The notes under the pieces were generated by a model. The model ran no database searches. It was not told the origin of the DNA and worked only from the letters and a program-made list of their open reading frames with translations. A program made the position numbers and the translations under genes. DNA of 64,000 nucleotides from the human T2T-CHM13v2.0 reference genome, Homo sapiens. Below are positions 16,866 to 43,140 of this stretch, one piece after another. Position 1 is the stretch's first letter. Every line of letters starts with the position of its first letter. The stretch lies in the NCBI RefSeq assembly GCF_009914755.1, contig NC_060925.1; one strand, given 5' to 3'.

Positions 16866-17779
16866 CTGAAAAGATACAAATCCGTAAGTTGACAACAAAA
16901 TACAAAAGGCAAAATTATCACCATTTACCTGCCTTCCATCCCTGTGATTTGGGACCTGGCTTTTGCAAGAAAGGAATGAGAATCCTTTGACTACCATGGG
17001 CCAAAGAATATGTGGACAGACATATGAGTAGTACTATCTAGACAGCACTGGCAATTTACAAAGTGGTTTTTGTTTTATCATGCCCTACCATACAAATGAG
17101 AAAAGTGAAGCTCAGAGGATTGTCAAAGCAAATTCGTGGGGTTGTAACATCAACACATATCTTCTATAGCTGTCATTTAAATTCCAATTAAATGGCACTA
17201 GGAAGAAAGGAGCAGCATTTCCTACAGAGGTCTTCTGACAAATGGGAATAGTTGCACATGTTATGTGCCTCTTCAAACATCTTTCAATCATCAACTTTCA
17301 CTTTTATACCTACTCTTAGGAACTGCAGCACTTTAAAACAAATCAAAGCAATAGCAGCTCTAAAACCAGCAGTGATTCCAAAATAAACTTGAAGAAACCT
17401 TTTTAAAGCTGTTAAGTTCCTAAAACATATTAGGGAACATATCATTTTAACTGACCAGGGACTTTCCTTTAAGACAGAATGAGGTCACAAGAACAGAAAC
17501 AAACAAACAAACAAACAACAACAACAACAAAAACAGGAAAAAAAAGACTCATTTTTGTAAAGATTTCCTAAAGTTCCATTTGTAAAAATGAAAAGTACAT
17601 TTTAAAAAGTCATGGGAAAGGTAACAGGATAATAGTATATTTGTGAGATATCTGTTTTTCCAGTTTAGTTAAAAGATTAAGTTTACTGTAAACATATACT
17701 GTACAAAGCATTCTAGACAGTCCAATCCTAGCAAAGAAGCAAAAGGGAAAACCTTTCTTTCAAGTGGTACAACATGGGA

Positions 17780-18589
17780 AAAATCATGCACTCAGCAAAA
17801 AAGAAAAACATGGCCTAATCCTTCAAATTTGGAATAAGAGGAAGTATAAGGATTGGGAAACCTGCCTGTAGAATTCTTCAGAACTCCTTTTCTTTGCCTA
17901 CTTCCTGATCAGCATACAAAACAAATATCCATACCCAACACAGCCTACTAAATATAGAAGCATTCAGGGGAAACATTGATCAAACTCTTATGAAATCATT
18001 ATGTACTGTATCCCAATTAAGAATTTTACTATCTTCCATTCTTCTGGTTACCCTAATAATATAAACATTTAGTCTTTGTCATCTACAGGCAGTTTCTGAG
18101 GTATTCTGCTGCTTGCCTAAAGGCTCTGCCATAGGCAAAGCCAGAAGCTATAGGCCAGAAGCTGATATATCTTCAACAAAGAGTCTTAGAGCCTCATGAA
18201 AATGACTATACTTTTGATATAGTCTGTATCTATAAGACATACATAGTCTGAATTATTAACATTTCAAAAAGTGGATTTTTGGATAAAGACTACTCAGCTG
18301 ACATCACACTACTTTCAGACCATATTGGTAGATGAAGTCAGGATTTCCAGGACTCTTTTCAGTCTGAAAGAAGATGTACTTCATAAAAGCAGACTTCTAA
18401 TCCGAGATTCAGCTGAACAAGAATTACACAGGACTGAATGAACTGTTGAGGAAAATTTAATTATAGTTATTTACTTGGAATACTGTTGGTATTATTTTAA
18501 TGTTCTATTTTCTAATAGCTATGTGCATAAGCCCTTTCTGAGACCCTCAACTTAGTAGCCTCTGCTTTTGTAAACCAAATGAAATAGTT
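17780..18589 (+). mobile_element. ERV1 (MER4-group-like) internal remnant, left of the L1
   Basis: GGACTGAATGAACTG...TTTTGTAAACCAAATGAAA resembles recalled MER4-group internal consensus and continues after the L1. Confidence 0.5.
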
Positions 18590-23500
<4,911 letters not shown>

Positions 23501-24200
23501 AATAGTATCTGATTCTCACTGACTCCTCAGAATTCAAAAACAAATACTTGTATGGAATGTTTTTACTCTTTATAGCAATATAGTTATTACATGGGTTCAA
23601 TAGCAATTTGTTTTTCTTCTTAGGATGTAACTGGATAAGCCAATTGTGTAAAACAAGGCCATTATTTGAGAATGACTTCTTTTATTCAAACAAAACAAAG
23701 ATTAAAGAACAAGCACTGACTTTATGTGGCACGAACATCACAAAGATCTCCCAAGAAAACTGGGCTGCTACCTGGTTTACAAGATCCTAGCCTCACGGGT
23801 AGTAAAGTAAGGTCACTTACCAGCAGGCTAGGAACCTTAGCAAATCTGGGAAACCTCAAGATGAGATAAATTCACTCATATTTATATGTAGTGAAGGTGA
23901 AATATGGTGGAGAGAATTTCTAAGGTTTGGAGCACAGCCTTAAGATAGAAGAACAAATGTAACAGGGGAATTAAAAAGTACAGTCTGAGATTCTTGATAT
24001 TTTTCAGGCAGAAATTATTCTCTGACCTTAGAAGTTGCTATATAGTTTATAGCTCCTGATTTGCAAGTCAAAACCAAAGAGGCCTATAATGTTTAATTAA
24101 TACTTGCTGCAACTATGTAAATAGCCAGGCCAAAAATAATGAAACCAGCCTTTTCTGTGATCATAATCATAAGGTAGTGAGACTGTTAGAAAAAATAATC
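23501..24200 (+). mobile_element. ERV1 (MER4-group-like) internal remnant, right of the L1
   Basis: GCAATATAGTTATT...TTCAATA, AAGGTCACTT...CAGG..AGGAACCT, TCTGAGATTC motifs typical of MER4-group internals. Confidence 0.55.
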
Positions 24201-24421
24201 TGACACTTGAAAATGGGCAAATAAGATTGTCTACACCTTCAAGAAATTATCGTCTGATCTATGGTATGCACCCTTGATGACTTTCTTCTGTCTAGACTAC
24301 TTTATACTCGTAGAGGTAGAGGTTAATAGAAACTGATAGCGATGCAAGTGACTCCTGTCCATACCAACACAAATGAATATTGTCTGGTGAAGTATGTAAA
24401 TCTCTGTAACTCATATTCCCA

Positions 24422-24728
24422 TTTTTTTGTTGTTGTTTGTTTGTTTTTGAGATGGAGTTTCACTCTTTTTGCACAAGCTGGAGTGCAATGGCACGATCTT
24501 GGCTCACTGTAACCTCGCCTCCCAGGTTCAAGTGATTCTCCTGCCTTAGCCTCCCGAGTAGGTGGGATTAGAGGCATGCACCACCAAACCCAGCTAATTT
24601 TGTATTTTAGTAGAGACAGGGTTTCACCATGTTGGCCAGCCTGGTCTTGAACTCCTGACCTCAGGTAATCCGCCTGCCTCAGCCTCCCAAAGGGCTGGGA
24701 TTACAGGTGTGAGCCACCACACCCGGCC
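24422..24728 (-). mobile_element. AluS
   Basis: Reverse Alu; TSD ATATTCCCATTTTT. Confidence 0.9.
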
Positions 24729-25189
24729 ATATTCCCATTTTTATATCTGACCAGAGGCTGTATATCTGTACTAATTAACCAGTAATTAATGAGTTGAATA
24801 AAATCTGATACATGCTCATTATGTATTTGTATAAAAGTCATGTTTTTCACTTTGTGAAAATTATACTTTAATAAGTCTTAAAAACAACATAGAAGTTATT
24901 TGTATTTGTCTTAAGAATTTGGAATATTTATATCTGGATAAATCTATCAAATGTATACATTTTCAACATAGATATTTAAGACAACTAAGTACTTGGACTT
25001 AATTATCTTTCCTTCATTTCTCTGGGATTGTCAAATGCATTAAGTACTCAAAGTGGAGGCTGTAAACAAGATGTTGAAAACAAGACACATCAAATTTATC
25101 GAGCTAGCTGGTAATCTACAGGCATACAATCAAGAGTTGACAGTACATTTAATGTTCAATCCAGGCAAACAATGAAACAAAAATCTTAC

Positions 25190-25231
25190 CTGTCTATAGT
25201 ATTTTTCATATACAGGATTCCCACTTGATAA
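25190..25231 (-). CDS. EPS15: EPS15 exon 2 (LSSGNPVYEKYYRQ)
   Basis: Acceptor TTATTTCAG|TTA, donor CAG|GTAAGA; 42 nt. Confidence 0.97.
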
Positions 25232-25805
25232 CTGAAATAAACACATTAATAAAAATTAGATGCTATTCATTAACTTCTATTAACATATTTGGCATTCATT
25301 CAACAGATATTTGAGAAACAAAGATGAATAAGATAAAATATCCTTGATTTCAGGGGTTAGATTTTGTTTCTTCTTGGGGAGCGTGAGACAGAGAATAGAT
25401 AAAGATAGTCACATGGGTTACTAAGAATCAGGTAGACAAGAAATGAAACAAGAATCTTAAATTTTGTTTTTGACATCAAAACTCCTCTTCATCTAATATT
25501 TTACCCAGAAACCCAATATGTAACAAATTGAGAATGAAATGCTTTCTCTAAAGCCAGTTGAGAGGCCCAAATCCCCAAGAATTCATCCTCTACCCAAGTA
25601 CCCAAAGTACCTATGAATACATTTCAAAAACCACTTCAATAAAACAATTAAATGAATATACAAACTGACATACAGAAAGGTAGTGATGTCATCAGATATA
25701 AACTGCTTGCAGAAAGGCAGTTCCATTAAATTCACACTACAGTTCAAAGAGTTCCTTGGTCAGCTTATGAACAGACTCATCTGAAATTCAATGTTTGAAG
25801 GATCG

Positions 25806-26102
<297 letters not shown>

Positions 26103-26414
26103 GTTTGAAGGATCAAGTTTGCCTCCATATGAATGTGTAAGAGTGTTCTGGGATCAGGATGGGAATCCAGGAAGGCTTCATGGGGTGACATCAGAGCAGG
26201 AACTTGAGGTATGGGGAAGATGGGGAGAGGGTGATTCTACACAGAGATAGCAGTATGCACAAAGGCATGCGATCAACAGAAAACTCAGTTATGTCTAAAA
26301 AGAACAGCAAGAAGTTCTGAACGATAAGAGGGATAGGGAGATAAGATTATAAAATTTTGTAGAAGACAACTTATGAAGGGTTTCATCTGCCATTGTAGAG
26401 TAAAAAAAAATGAA

Positions 26415-26683
<269 letters not shown>

Positions 26684-26853
26684 TAGGAAGTAATTTTAAT
26701 GGTCTGGTTGAGGGGCTGAACATTGACAATGGCAGAAGAGAAGGGTATGGCTTGAAAAAAAGTTTGTAACATAGATTTGACAGGACTTATTAAGTGGGTG
26801 AGGGGGAAGGAAAGCATAATTTTAAAAATACATAAAATGTGTACACACACACA

Positions 26854-27275
26854 CAGTAGTTTCCCCTTATCCACAGTTTCACTTTCCACAGTTTTAGTTA
26901 CCCTCAGTTGCTCGCCGTCAGAGTATTAAATGAAAAATTCCAGAAATAAACATTTCATAACTTTTAAATTGTAAACCATTCCAAGTAGCATGATGAAATC
27001 TCATGCCATCCCACCCAGGACGTGAATCCCTTTGTCCAGGGCATCTACTCTGTATATGGTACCTGCCCATTAGTCACTTAGTAGCCGACTCAGTTATCAG
27101 GCTGACAGATCACAAAAAGGATGAGTATAATACAATAAGATATGTTGAGAGAGAGAGAAACCACATTCACATAAATTTTATTACAGCATATTGTTATAAT
27201 TGTACTATTTCACTATTAGTTTTGTTGTTAATCTTACTGTGCCTAATTTATAAATTAAACTTTATCACAGGTATG
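26854..27275. mobile_element. MER44-like (TcMar-Tigger) element
   Basis: CAGTAGTTTCCCCTTATCCACAGTTTC...; CACATTCACATAA.TTTTATTACAG. Confidence 0.75.
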
Positions 27276-27310
27276 ACATACACACAGATATATATATTCG
27301 AACTCAAGAC

Positions 27311-27315
<5 letters not shown>

Positions 27316-27355
<40 letters not shown>
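27316..27355. repeat. (GT)20 microsatellite
   Basis: 40 nt of perfect GT repeat. Confidence 0.97.
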
Positions 27356-27356
<1 letters not shown>

Positions 27357-27440
27357 TCATACTGGTTCAGTTTTTCTGGAGAACCCTAATACATCCAGTC
27401 TCAGAGAGGTTACCTCTCCAGGCCTTTAAAAGGCAGAGTC

Positions 27441-28035
<595 letters not shown>

Positions 28036-28074
28036 GTCAGAGTCAGGACTTAGGTGTCCTGCTCCCAGCTCTGT

Positions 28075-31450
<3,376 letters not shown>

Positions 31451-32386
31451 TTAGTTATGACAACAGTATAAATACTTTGCCAAAGACAGCAAATTAAATA
31501 TGTTCCCTCAATAATAAAAAGTTAATTTTAATTGGATTTTTTGAATACAGGGAAAAAAAACCTCATACACAGTAAGAAATCCTGATCTCCAACCTGTGCC
31601 TTAATAATCCTCACATTACAGGTTCATTGGTTACTACCTAAACACATAGGAGAAGATATTAGCTCACCAAAGTGTTCTAAAGTACACCCTGTGCTGATAA
31701 CTACACTAATGTGATACAGCTAAGTGAGAATGGAAAAAGCCATCCAAAGTGCCAAGTCACTCATCAAGCAAGATGATCAAAGAGTGTTTCTGGTGTGTCT
31801 CAGTAAAATTGGCTTTTGTTGTTATTGTCGGACTATGAACATGATCACTTTTTAGGCAGGGAAAAAAAAATCACATATAATGAATGAACAGAGGAAAAAA
31901 TTGAAAGGCATAGCTTATTAAATGGTAACAATGATTATCTCTGGATAGCAAGATCATAAATGATTTTTACATTCTTCTTCATACTACTCTGCAGTCTCTG
32001 GAAACTCTGAGAATAAACACATCCTAATTATATAATAAGAATGAAACAATAAGGCTATTTTCAATCTAGAGAAAAATATAAAAATCCCCAAATGTGATCA
32101 GTATATAAAACTGCATATGAATTTTTAACAATCAAATTAATTTCTAAAGGAAAACTTTAACTCCAACTGTCAAAGTCAAAATCAAAATCTGACCTTTTAC
32201 AATTCTGTTATTACAATTTAAAAGCAATTATATATTCATTACCTATATCATAAATTCTTACCAGCTGTCACAAAGTTAAATATTCATAAATGTCAGAATT
32301 CTTTTGAAAGAGTCCATTGCTATTTCTTACTAGTCTGAAAAATGTAAAGTACCTGTAAACAAGAGATGCTAGAAAGCCAATAAAGT

Positions 32387-32422
<36 letters not shown>

Positions 32423-32689
32423 AGACTTTGTATCAGAAAGGTATTCAAAGCCCATTCTACTACTTCTTAGGTATGATCTTTAGTAGCTTATTTTACCTCC
32501 TTGAAAAGCCTGTTTCCTGATCTGGTTGGTTTTGAGACAGGATCCCACTCAGTCCTGGCTGAAGTGCAGTGATACAATCACACTGCTGCCTCAAACCTCT
32601 GAGCTTAAACAATCTTCCCAAGTAGCTGGAATTATAGGCATGAGCCACTACACCCAGCCTCTCCTCCTTTCTTTAGTAATAGTACCCCT

Positions 32690-33060
32690 AAGCTTTACAT
32701 ACACACACCTAGCTAAAACCTACATTTCCCAACCTCTCTTGCAATTTCAGTTATTCATCAATGGAATGATAAAAGAAATGTGTCCAACTCCGAGGATGTG
32801 CATCTAAAGAGAAAGGAAATGCCTTCTGACTCCTAACCCTTCTCATAGCTGGCTAGAATACAGATATAGTGACAGAATCTAGAGAAGCTATCTTGGATTG
32901 CGACGGAAAACATGGGAAAAATACAGCAACACGAGAAAAAAAGCCTGAGTCCCTGACACCATCATGAAGCTCCTACAGCACTCTACACCACCTACCCCAC
33001 TTGGATTGTTACTTGTTACTTGAAATTTGTGATTTTGGTTTAAACCAATATCCTAACTAA
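32690..33060 (+). mobile_element. Old MaLR LTR fragment (MLT1J-L-like)
   Basis: CTACATTTCCCA..CTCTCTTGCA; GCCTGAGTCCCTGA. Confidence 0.5.
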
Positions 33061-33198
33061 TGTAAAAAAAAAAAACAAAACAAAAGGAGGAACTGCTATT
33101 TTTGTTAAGGAAAAAATATGTTATTATAATTACATATATAGCTATAGAAATGTAAATATAATAAACTTTACTAAGAAAAAAATTTTTACAAAGTATAG

Positions 33199-33478
<280 letters not shown>

Positions 33479-33539
33479 CTAGTACAGCATCTTAAGGTGT
33501 TTAGGTGGTATTATAATTCCCAGTCGTCTGTTTCCCTCT

Positions 33540-33950
33540 TGTATACACAGAGTATATAGCCTCTCTCTCTTTAAGAGTAGTATTAATATCCCTGCCTGTT
33601 GCCATGTGACTTGTGGTGTCTCTCCGTGGGTGTTCCAAGGGTGGGTTTGGCCATATAACTTGTTTTGGCCACTGAATCTGGGAGAAAGTTCCAGTTCCAA
33701 GTAGAAGCTTCAACAGCTATTGTGTGTTTCTGACAGGTCTTACTGTTTTCTCTCTACCAAGAGAACAATATGTCACAAATAGGGACTGCTCCTCCAGCCC
33801 GGATCCTCAAATGAGAAAGAATCACAGAGCAGAACCATAGCTGATTCCTAGGAAGCCTATAACGTGAAAAACAAATAAACCCTTCTTATTGTAAGCTACT
33901 CATATTTTGGCTTGTTTCTTAGTGCAGCATAATCTAGCAAATGTTAACAC
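33540..33950 (+). mobile_element. MaLR LTR (MLT1H/I-like)
   Basis: GCCATGTGACTTG...AAATAAACCCTT.TTATTGTAAGC...GCAGCATAA. Confidence 0.65.
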
Positions 33951-34204
33951 ATAAGTAAATCAACACCAAAGTGTATCAAGTAGTAATAAAAAAGATCCCA
34001 GTTACTAAGGAAATTTATAGGTTAATAATTAAATGTCAAGAATTGTCTCATATGGAATTTCTGGTGTCATTTTTAGGGGAGGGTTATGTGGGAGGAGATA
34101 TTAGAGTACATGACTTTGAGAGTACAAGATTCTCTAACACACAAAATAAACTGAAATTTTAAATGATTTAGTCTTATTATAAATGGTTACAGTACAATGT
34201 GGAA

Positions 34205-34563
<359 letters not shown>

Positions 34564-35778
34564 TTAATCACAAGGTCAGATACTAGGGAGTCGTCAGTAA
34601 ATAAATTAATAAAATGGAGAGGGGAGTGGGTATGATTATAGAGGGTAACACAAAGGATCTTTGTGACAGAGCAAGTCTTTATTTTGATTACGCTTACAGT
34701 TACATGAACCCACACATAATAAAACTGCATATGGATAGAACTATATATGCAAACACACTAATGAGTATCTATAAAACCGGCAAAATTTAAATAAGGTCTG
34801 TGGGTTATACCAATGTCAATTTCCTGTTTTTGCTATTGCTGTAGTTATGTAAGATGTTACAATTAGGGAAAATTGGATGAAGGGTGCATAGAGCCTCTCG
34901 GTACTACTTTTTGCAACTTCCCATGAAAAGGCAGTATTGAAGACCAATGTGAAGTAGAGAGAAGGTGGCAAATCAGGCAGTAAGAACACTGTGCGATGGC
35001 AAATCAGGGCCAGGTAGTAAAAGGAAGACAATGGAATAGATTTTATCCCTTCAAATAAACCACTCTTTTTAGTTTTGCTCTTTAAAAAATTTTTTAGTCT
35101 CTTAATGCACACAATTTTCTGTAATTTGCCATAAAATTATTTCTGACATATTAACACATAAAAATTCAACTACTTAGAATTCCACCTTCTATTACTCCAT
35201 TTTCAAGAGGGCTGAGAAATCAGAATGGGGACTAGCCACCACAGCCTTTCAACTCCCACCTCAACCACCACCACCACCCTTTAAAGATAGAATAGCAACT
35301 CCTAAGGCCAAAGTACTAAATGAATACACCAAGAGTCTATGTTTTTATACACATAGGTTTATAGTTTGCAAGACAGAACATTTAGAAGCTTTTGATAGGC
35401 TATCCATATCTAGAAAAGGCTTGTATATTTTACAATGTAAAAGAAAACAGGATGAAAACTAAGAGTAAACAGAAGAATGAAAAATAGTAAGGAGCAATAG
35501 TGATTAACAGCAATCCAAAGTGACAAGGAAAATAGAAACCGGAAGCTGTTTGCTTATTACAGAAGCTAGTAATAAGAGAAATTTGAGAAAGGAGAACAAC
35601 TCTAAAGCTAGGGTGGAGGGCGTGGTGGGGCAGAGAAAGGCAAATCACCTGGGCAGTCCTCACCTTTAGAACTGGAGAGGGTGGGGAGTCAAGGAAACAC
35701 AAGCAGCCACTTGAGCAGTTCCCTTACAGAATGCACAGTGCACATATTCCTCAGCTCTGTAATTCCCAACTCATTTAA

Positions 35779-36066
35779 TTTTTTTTTTTTTTTTTTTTTG
35801 AGACAGAGTGTTGCCCAGTCTGTTGCCCAGGCTGGAGTGCAGTGGCACAATCTCCACTCACCGCAGCCTCCACCTCCGGGGCTCAAGTGATTCTTCCCTC
35901 AGCCTCCTAAGCAGATGGGACCACACCCAGCTAATTTTTGTATTTTTTGTAGAGATGGGTTTTCACCATGTTGCCTAGGCTGGTCTCAAACTCCTGGATT
36001 TAAGTGATCCACCTGCCTCGGCCTCCCAAAGTGCTGAGATTACAGGCATGAGCCGCTGTGCCTGGC
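35779..36066 (-). mobile_element. Alu (J/S)
   Basis: Reverse Alu; TSD CTCATTTAAT. Confidence 0.88.
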
Positions 36067-36788
36067 CCTCATTTAATAATTTAATAGACATAAACTGGAT
36101 GCTTTCTAGGTACAAGACAATAGGTTAAGGTGTCTGGAGTTAAAATAATCAGATAGGGCTCCTGCCTTCAAGGGCTTAAATTCTAGTAAAAATTGTAATG
36201 CTACCTTCTGCAAACACGCTAACATCTCATGTTTGTTCCATAACAAAACATTACAAATTGACTTAGCAGGCAAAGACCTAGGAATACTGTAAATACAGTA
36301 TTCTAAAGAAAGTTTTCAAAATCCAGATAAAAAAATATATTTGCTCTGGAGATTCACTTCTTTCAAAAATGAAAGAAGAAAGGGACTTTAGAATAGACAA
36401 AAGAATTTCAAAGAGATAGTACAGAAAATACTACTGAAAAACGATGGATGTAAAGACCATATCACCAACTCAAACCAGTAATGGGCCAGTTTTTAATTGA
36501 ATACAACTCAATTTGATCAAAAATCTAGGTGACATAGAGACAGAATGAAAGCAAAGTATAGCTTGGGTCTTTCATCAGAAGACTTAGTGAGCCCTATATA
36601 CATCATTCTAGGTAGGCCAAAAAAACAAACAAACAAACAAAAAAAACAGATCAGTGGAAGAAGCATGATCTTTAAGCATGAATGACTAATATACGAATTT
36701 ATAAAAATCCTCTCACCTCCTTTGTAGCCCCTCAAATGGCAGCTGTCAGGTTTTAACGACCTGCCTATCTCAGGTTTTAGAAATGTGA

Positions 36789-37848
<1,060 letters not shown>

Positions 37849-38502
37849 TAAATTACTCTCTCCTCTTCCTTTTCATGTTAACTTTCAAGCTCCTGGTCTC
37901 TACCTCATTTACCTAAGGCTTTGATGGCTCACTGTCATCTTCTCTACCCCAACCCTACATCAAATTTAGTAATTTCAATTATCAATTTGCACAACCCATC
38001 CACAGCCTGGCTTCTTACTTCCTTGATCTCTTTAACTTCAAGAACCTCTCCAAAACACAGGATCAACAGTGAACACATATATTATGTCCCAGTCACCCTC
38101 CTTGTCCCATAGTAAAATCCTTCCTTGCCCTTCTATCTTCAACCAAAAGTGCTCCACCTCCTTAATCACTATTTCAAGCACCTTGTCCTCCAACCACAAC
38201 CTCTTCTTCCAGATTATAATCCTTTGACCTCTATAAAACCTCTTATCCATGGGCCCAATAGACTTTGATCCCTCAGGCCCTCTCTATTTTACTTTCCCTT
38301 CCACCTTATTCAGTTTAGATTCTACAATTCATCATTTCAATAATTCTCCTGCCAATAACCTAAATTCCCTTGCTCCTCTTGTCTTATGACACCAATATAG
38401 CAAAATCCCAAACCTGAATGAAACCATCTAAAAACTTTTCTTTGATGCTGCAGCTGAGAAAGTCACTCAACAAGGTAGACCACTATTATAAATTCATGAT
38501 CA

Positions 38503-38861
38503 CTGTATCAGTTCACAAGGGCCATAACAAAGTACCATAAACTAGATGGCTCAGAACAGAAACTTACTGTCTCACAATCTGGAAGCCAGAAGGCATTAGG
38601 GAAGGATCTGTTCCAGGCCTCTCTCCTACTCTTGGTAGTTCTTTGGCTTGTGGCAGCCTACCTCCAATCTTCCCATGCCATTCTCCCTGTATGTCTGCGT
38701 TCAAATTTCCCTTTTTATAAGGATGCCAGTCATACTGGATCTGTGCCCCACTCTACTTCATATAACCTTAGCTAATTATATCTGCATCAATGTTATATCC
38801 AAGTAAGGTCACATTCTCCAGTACTGGCAAATTTTGAAGGGACACAATTCAACTCATAACA
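38503..38861 (-). mobile_element. MaLR LTR (MLT1B/C-like) inside an L2 remnant
   Basis: GCCATAACAAAGTACCA...TTCCAGGCCTCTCTCCT...GGACACAATTCAAC. Confidence 0.75.
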
Positions 38862-41616
38862 ATCAGTAACCTCAATTCTTTCTGGCAAACCTACTTTTAA
38901 ACTCATTCTCCACAGCAACTATGTCAGGGCAGAAATGTAACCTTAGTGGGACCTATTAGAAAGGGGTCCACTGGACTTGTAATTATAAAGTATGCAAGCC
39001 TGAAGCTTTATAATCATCTTAGTTCTACAACAGAATAATTTGCCTTAGAATGGAGCCAAGGTACAAAAAAAGAAAAACTAAGTAGTGACATCACTGTGAC
39101 CCTGACACACCAGAAGCCAGGTCTACTAATGGACCTACCATTTATATAAACTAATGTTTTCTGCTTAAGACTGTTAGAATTGATGTTTCCTGTCACATGC
39201 AAACAAAAAGGTTCTGATATGAGAATGGATAAAACTGACAAAGTGAGTTTTATTTATTTTTATTTTTATTTTTTTTTTTGCTGGCAAGTATGTAGAGTAA
39301 GAGTTTTACAGTTCTTGACTGGTTTTGGGAACCATACAGAATACCAGTCAAGAAATATAAAAGAATAACCAAAGAATATAAATCAATAGAAATCTTTGGT
39401 GTTTTAATTCTTTTTATACTATAGACCTAACATTTTAAGAAATATGCCCATACAAATTTTTCAAAAAAATCAAGTGTAATTTAAAACAAACACCATTTCC
39501 TAAATAAATCAATTTCTTAAAGTGAACTAAGAAAACATATATTTTCAGCATATTTATTACTTGTTCCATTCCTTATTTCCAAACAGCAAAGAATTTGGCA
39601 AAAAAAAAACCTCTCCTTAATTATTTAAACAATAATGACAGTAATAACTTATAAAGTGGGAGAGATGGCAAGCCCTCAGGGTTTACTGCTGCCACCCAAT
39701 TGGGTGGGATGATTAATAACCCAGAAATAACAGCTTTGATTAGTGAAAGGTGACATGGACTAGTCCAAGGTAAATAAACATGCCAATATTTATACAAACA
39801 AATGAAGAACAGCTTAGGCAAGGAGAAAAATATAAGCTCTGCACAAATGAGACCAAAAAATTTTTTCAATCAGTAATCAAATGTTGCTTTTTAAAATGGC
39901 AAGTTAAACTGTAAAGTATGAATTTAAATAGCACATTTTAAAATCATATACACAGTGTTTCACAGCTTCATAACAAATAACATACATTGAATCTCATTAA
40001 GCATTTCCTATACTCCAAGTACTAGTCTAGGCACTTACACATTAAGCCCATTTAACCTGAGGCACATACTATTATACCCATTTAACAAATGAGGAAAATA
40101 AGACATTAACTGAGTAACTGACTCAAAGTTACACACCTAGTTAAGTGTTGGTAACAGGATTAAAATCCAAGAAGTCTGATTCCAGGACTTTCACTCTTAA
40201 TCATTAAGTTTGTTGCCTTTATAATCAATGTTACTATTATTTTCCCCATTATCGTACTAAGCTCTTTCATATGAATTGTAACATTTGAACTTGATAACAC
40301 TCAGAGAAGTATACCATATTCCCCCAATTCTAAGAAACCTTTAGTTGTAAGTGCCACCTTCCATTTAACAAAAGCATTACCAAAATGAATAGATAATTTA
40401 AAAGCATACTTTTTATTCACCTACAATTGCATACATTTATTCATCATTTTCCCCTAGTATCATAAACAAACATTAAGTCAAAGCTTTCTTCACATTCAAA
40501 ATCTGAAGATTCTTCTGAATTGCTTTCGGCAATTATGCCCAGAATCAGACAGACTTGCTGCTTCATATAATTTAGGCCTCACTTCTAACACTGATCTCTT
40601 CAGTATAAAGAAATATTTTAAAATACTGCAGTTTTCTGTTACATTTCCTTTTTTCTATTTTTTTAAACTGTTAATTTTTAAAATTCACTCCATTATAGTC
40701 AGAACTTGAGTAACAGTCACTGGATAACATATCAACTTCTCATTTAGCTTTTAAAATTCTACAATGTTCTCCAAGAGTTTAACAATTACTACTATCTAAT
40801 GTCTACTATGTGACATATGACAGTGGACACTTCGATTCTGAGTTCTAGAATTTTTTTCAGTGCCCTGTACCCTGAATGGTGCTTGACACATAGAAGATAA
40901 TAAATATTTTATAAGTGAACAAAAATGAAAGAATGAAATGAGTAACTGAATAACAAGAAATCTTCTGCATTCTGCATACAGAAAAAAGCTATTCAATGTT
41001 ACATATAGAATATTTTTTAGAAGACACTTAGGAGTTCAAATTTAAGTTAAAATTCAACTTCATGTAGTTCTACAAATGCAACTCAACTGAAGTAATCATT
41101 TGATGAATATTTCTATGTACTACCAAGTACATACATACAGAGCAATGATGACTGCCATCACAACTAACTCCTCTAACCAGTCAGCTAGCAAATTTCTTTT
41201 GTCATTCTCATCCATTTTAAGAAGCAGAAAAATAAAACAGGGTTATACTAAAATTGAGGGGAAAATCCCCTTCTCAGATGAGATAAACTTACAAGGAAAA
41301 AGATAACTTGTCCAAAGTCACAAAAAAGTTAATCATGACAAATGCAAAGAAAAAGCTCAATATGACCTAATGCCCTCGAAATGATACATGGATATGGTGA
41401 CTATGATGCACATTTTATTTATAAGCATACAACAAAGGGTGAGAAATACTCATTAATCAGCCAAGCAAGGCAGCTTGAATAGGCCCACACCCAATTCACG
41501 CATCTTAGAAGTATCATGACATATAAATATTCGTTAAATCACACATATCTTTGCAACAGTCCTCTGGCAGCAGCGAAAAATATCACTTAAATCAGCCACT
41601 TAAAATTTTAGTGTGA

Positions 41617-41980
<364 letters not shown>

Positions 41981-42235
41981 TTAAACCCCCCTTTTCCAAC
42001 TAGTCAATAAGATAACAATGTCACTTCTCTATATTTGGATTTTATGCTTTTATCCTCAAAAAATTCTGCCTGACCATTGATAAATTCACTTATCCAACTC
42101 ATAAAAGGTACAATGGAACAAAGAGACCTAAAGAAACACCCACATACCCATATATTTCAAATGGTTCATAAATTTTCATTGATGATATGATCTTAGGTAC
42201 GGTGCTCAGTGGTATCAATGTTGTATAACCATCAC

Positions 42236-42597
42236 CAGTTGGTCCCCAATTTACAATGGTTCAACTTAACAATTTTTTAACTTTACAACAGTACAAAAGC
42301 AGTAAGCATTCAGTAGAAACCATACTTCGAGTACCCATACAACCATTGTTTTTCACTTTCAGTATTCAATAAATTATATGAGATGTTCAAAATTTTATTA
42401 TAAAACATGCTTTGTATTAGATGATTTTGCCCAATTGTAGGCTAATGTAAGTGTTCTAAGCACATTTAGGGTAGGCTAGACTAAGCTATGATGTTTGGTA
42501 AGTTAGGCATGTTGAATGCATTTCTGACATATGATATTTTCCACTTACTATGGGTTTATCAGGATGCAACCCTATTGTAAGTTGAGAAGCATCTGTA
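42236..42597. mobile_element. MER47A-like (TcMar-Tigger) element
   Basis: CAGTTGGTCCCCAATTTACAATGG ... TTGTAAGTTGAGAAGCATCTG followed by TA. Confidence 0.8.
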
Positions 42598-42725
42598 TTT
42601 ATTTCCAGATTTTTTTCATCTTTGTACTCATTATACAAAAGCTTCTCACTCCTCTCTCCCCCAGTCACCTGGTAAATACATTTCTATTTCTGTCTTTATG
42701 AATTTGCCTGTTTTGAATACCTTAT

Positions 42726-43140
42726 TGCCACAGTTTGAATGTTTGTGTCCCCAAAATATTCATGTTGAAACTTAATCTCCAATGCAATAGTATTAAGAGG
42801 TGGGGCCATTAAGGGGTGATAAAGTCATAAGGGCTCCTCCCTTGTGAATGCAATTTAGGTACGTATCAAAGAGTCCTCCCAGCACTTGCCTTTTTTTGCC
42901 CTTCCTTCTCTTCTGCCATGTGAGGCACAGCATTCATCCCTTTTACGTCCTTCTACCATATGAGGATGCAGCAAGAAGCATTATCTTGGAAGGACAAAGC
43001 AGTCCACATCAGACACTGAATCTGCTAGCACCTTGATCCTAGACTTCCTGGCCTCCAGAACTGGAAGAAATAAATTTCTGTTCTTTCTAAATTGCCCAGT
43101 TTTTGGTATTTTGTTATAGCAGCAAAAACAGACTAAGACA
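42726..43140 (+). mobile_element. MaLR solo LTR (MST type)
   Basis: TG...GTTTGAATGTTTGTGTCCC...AATAAATTTCTGTTC...CAGACTAAGACA. Confidence 0.85.
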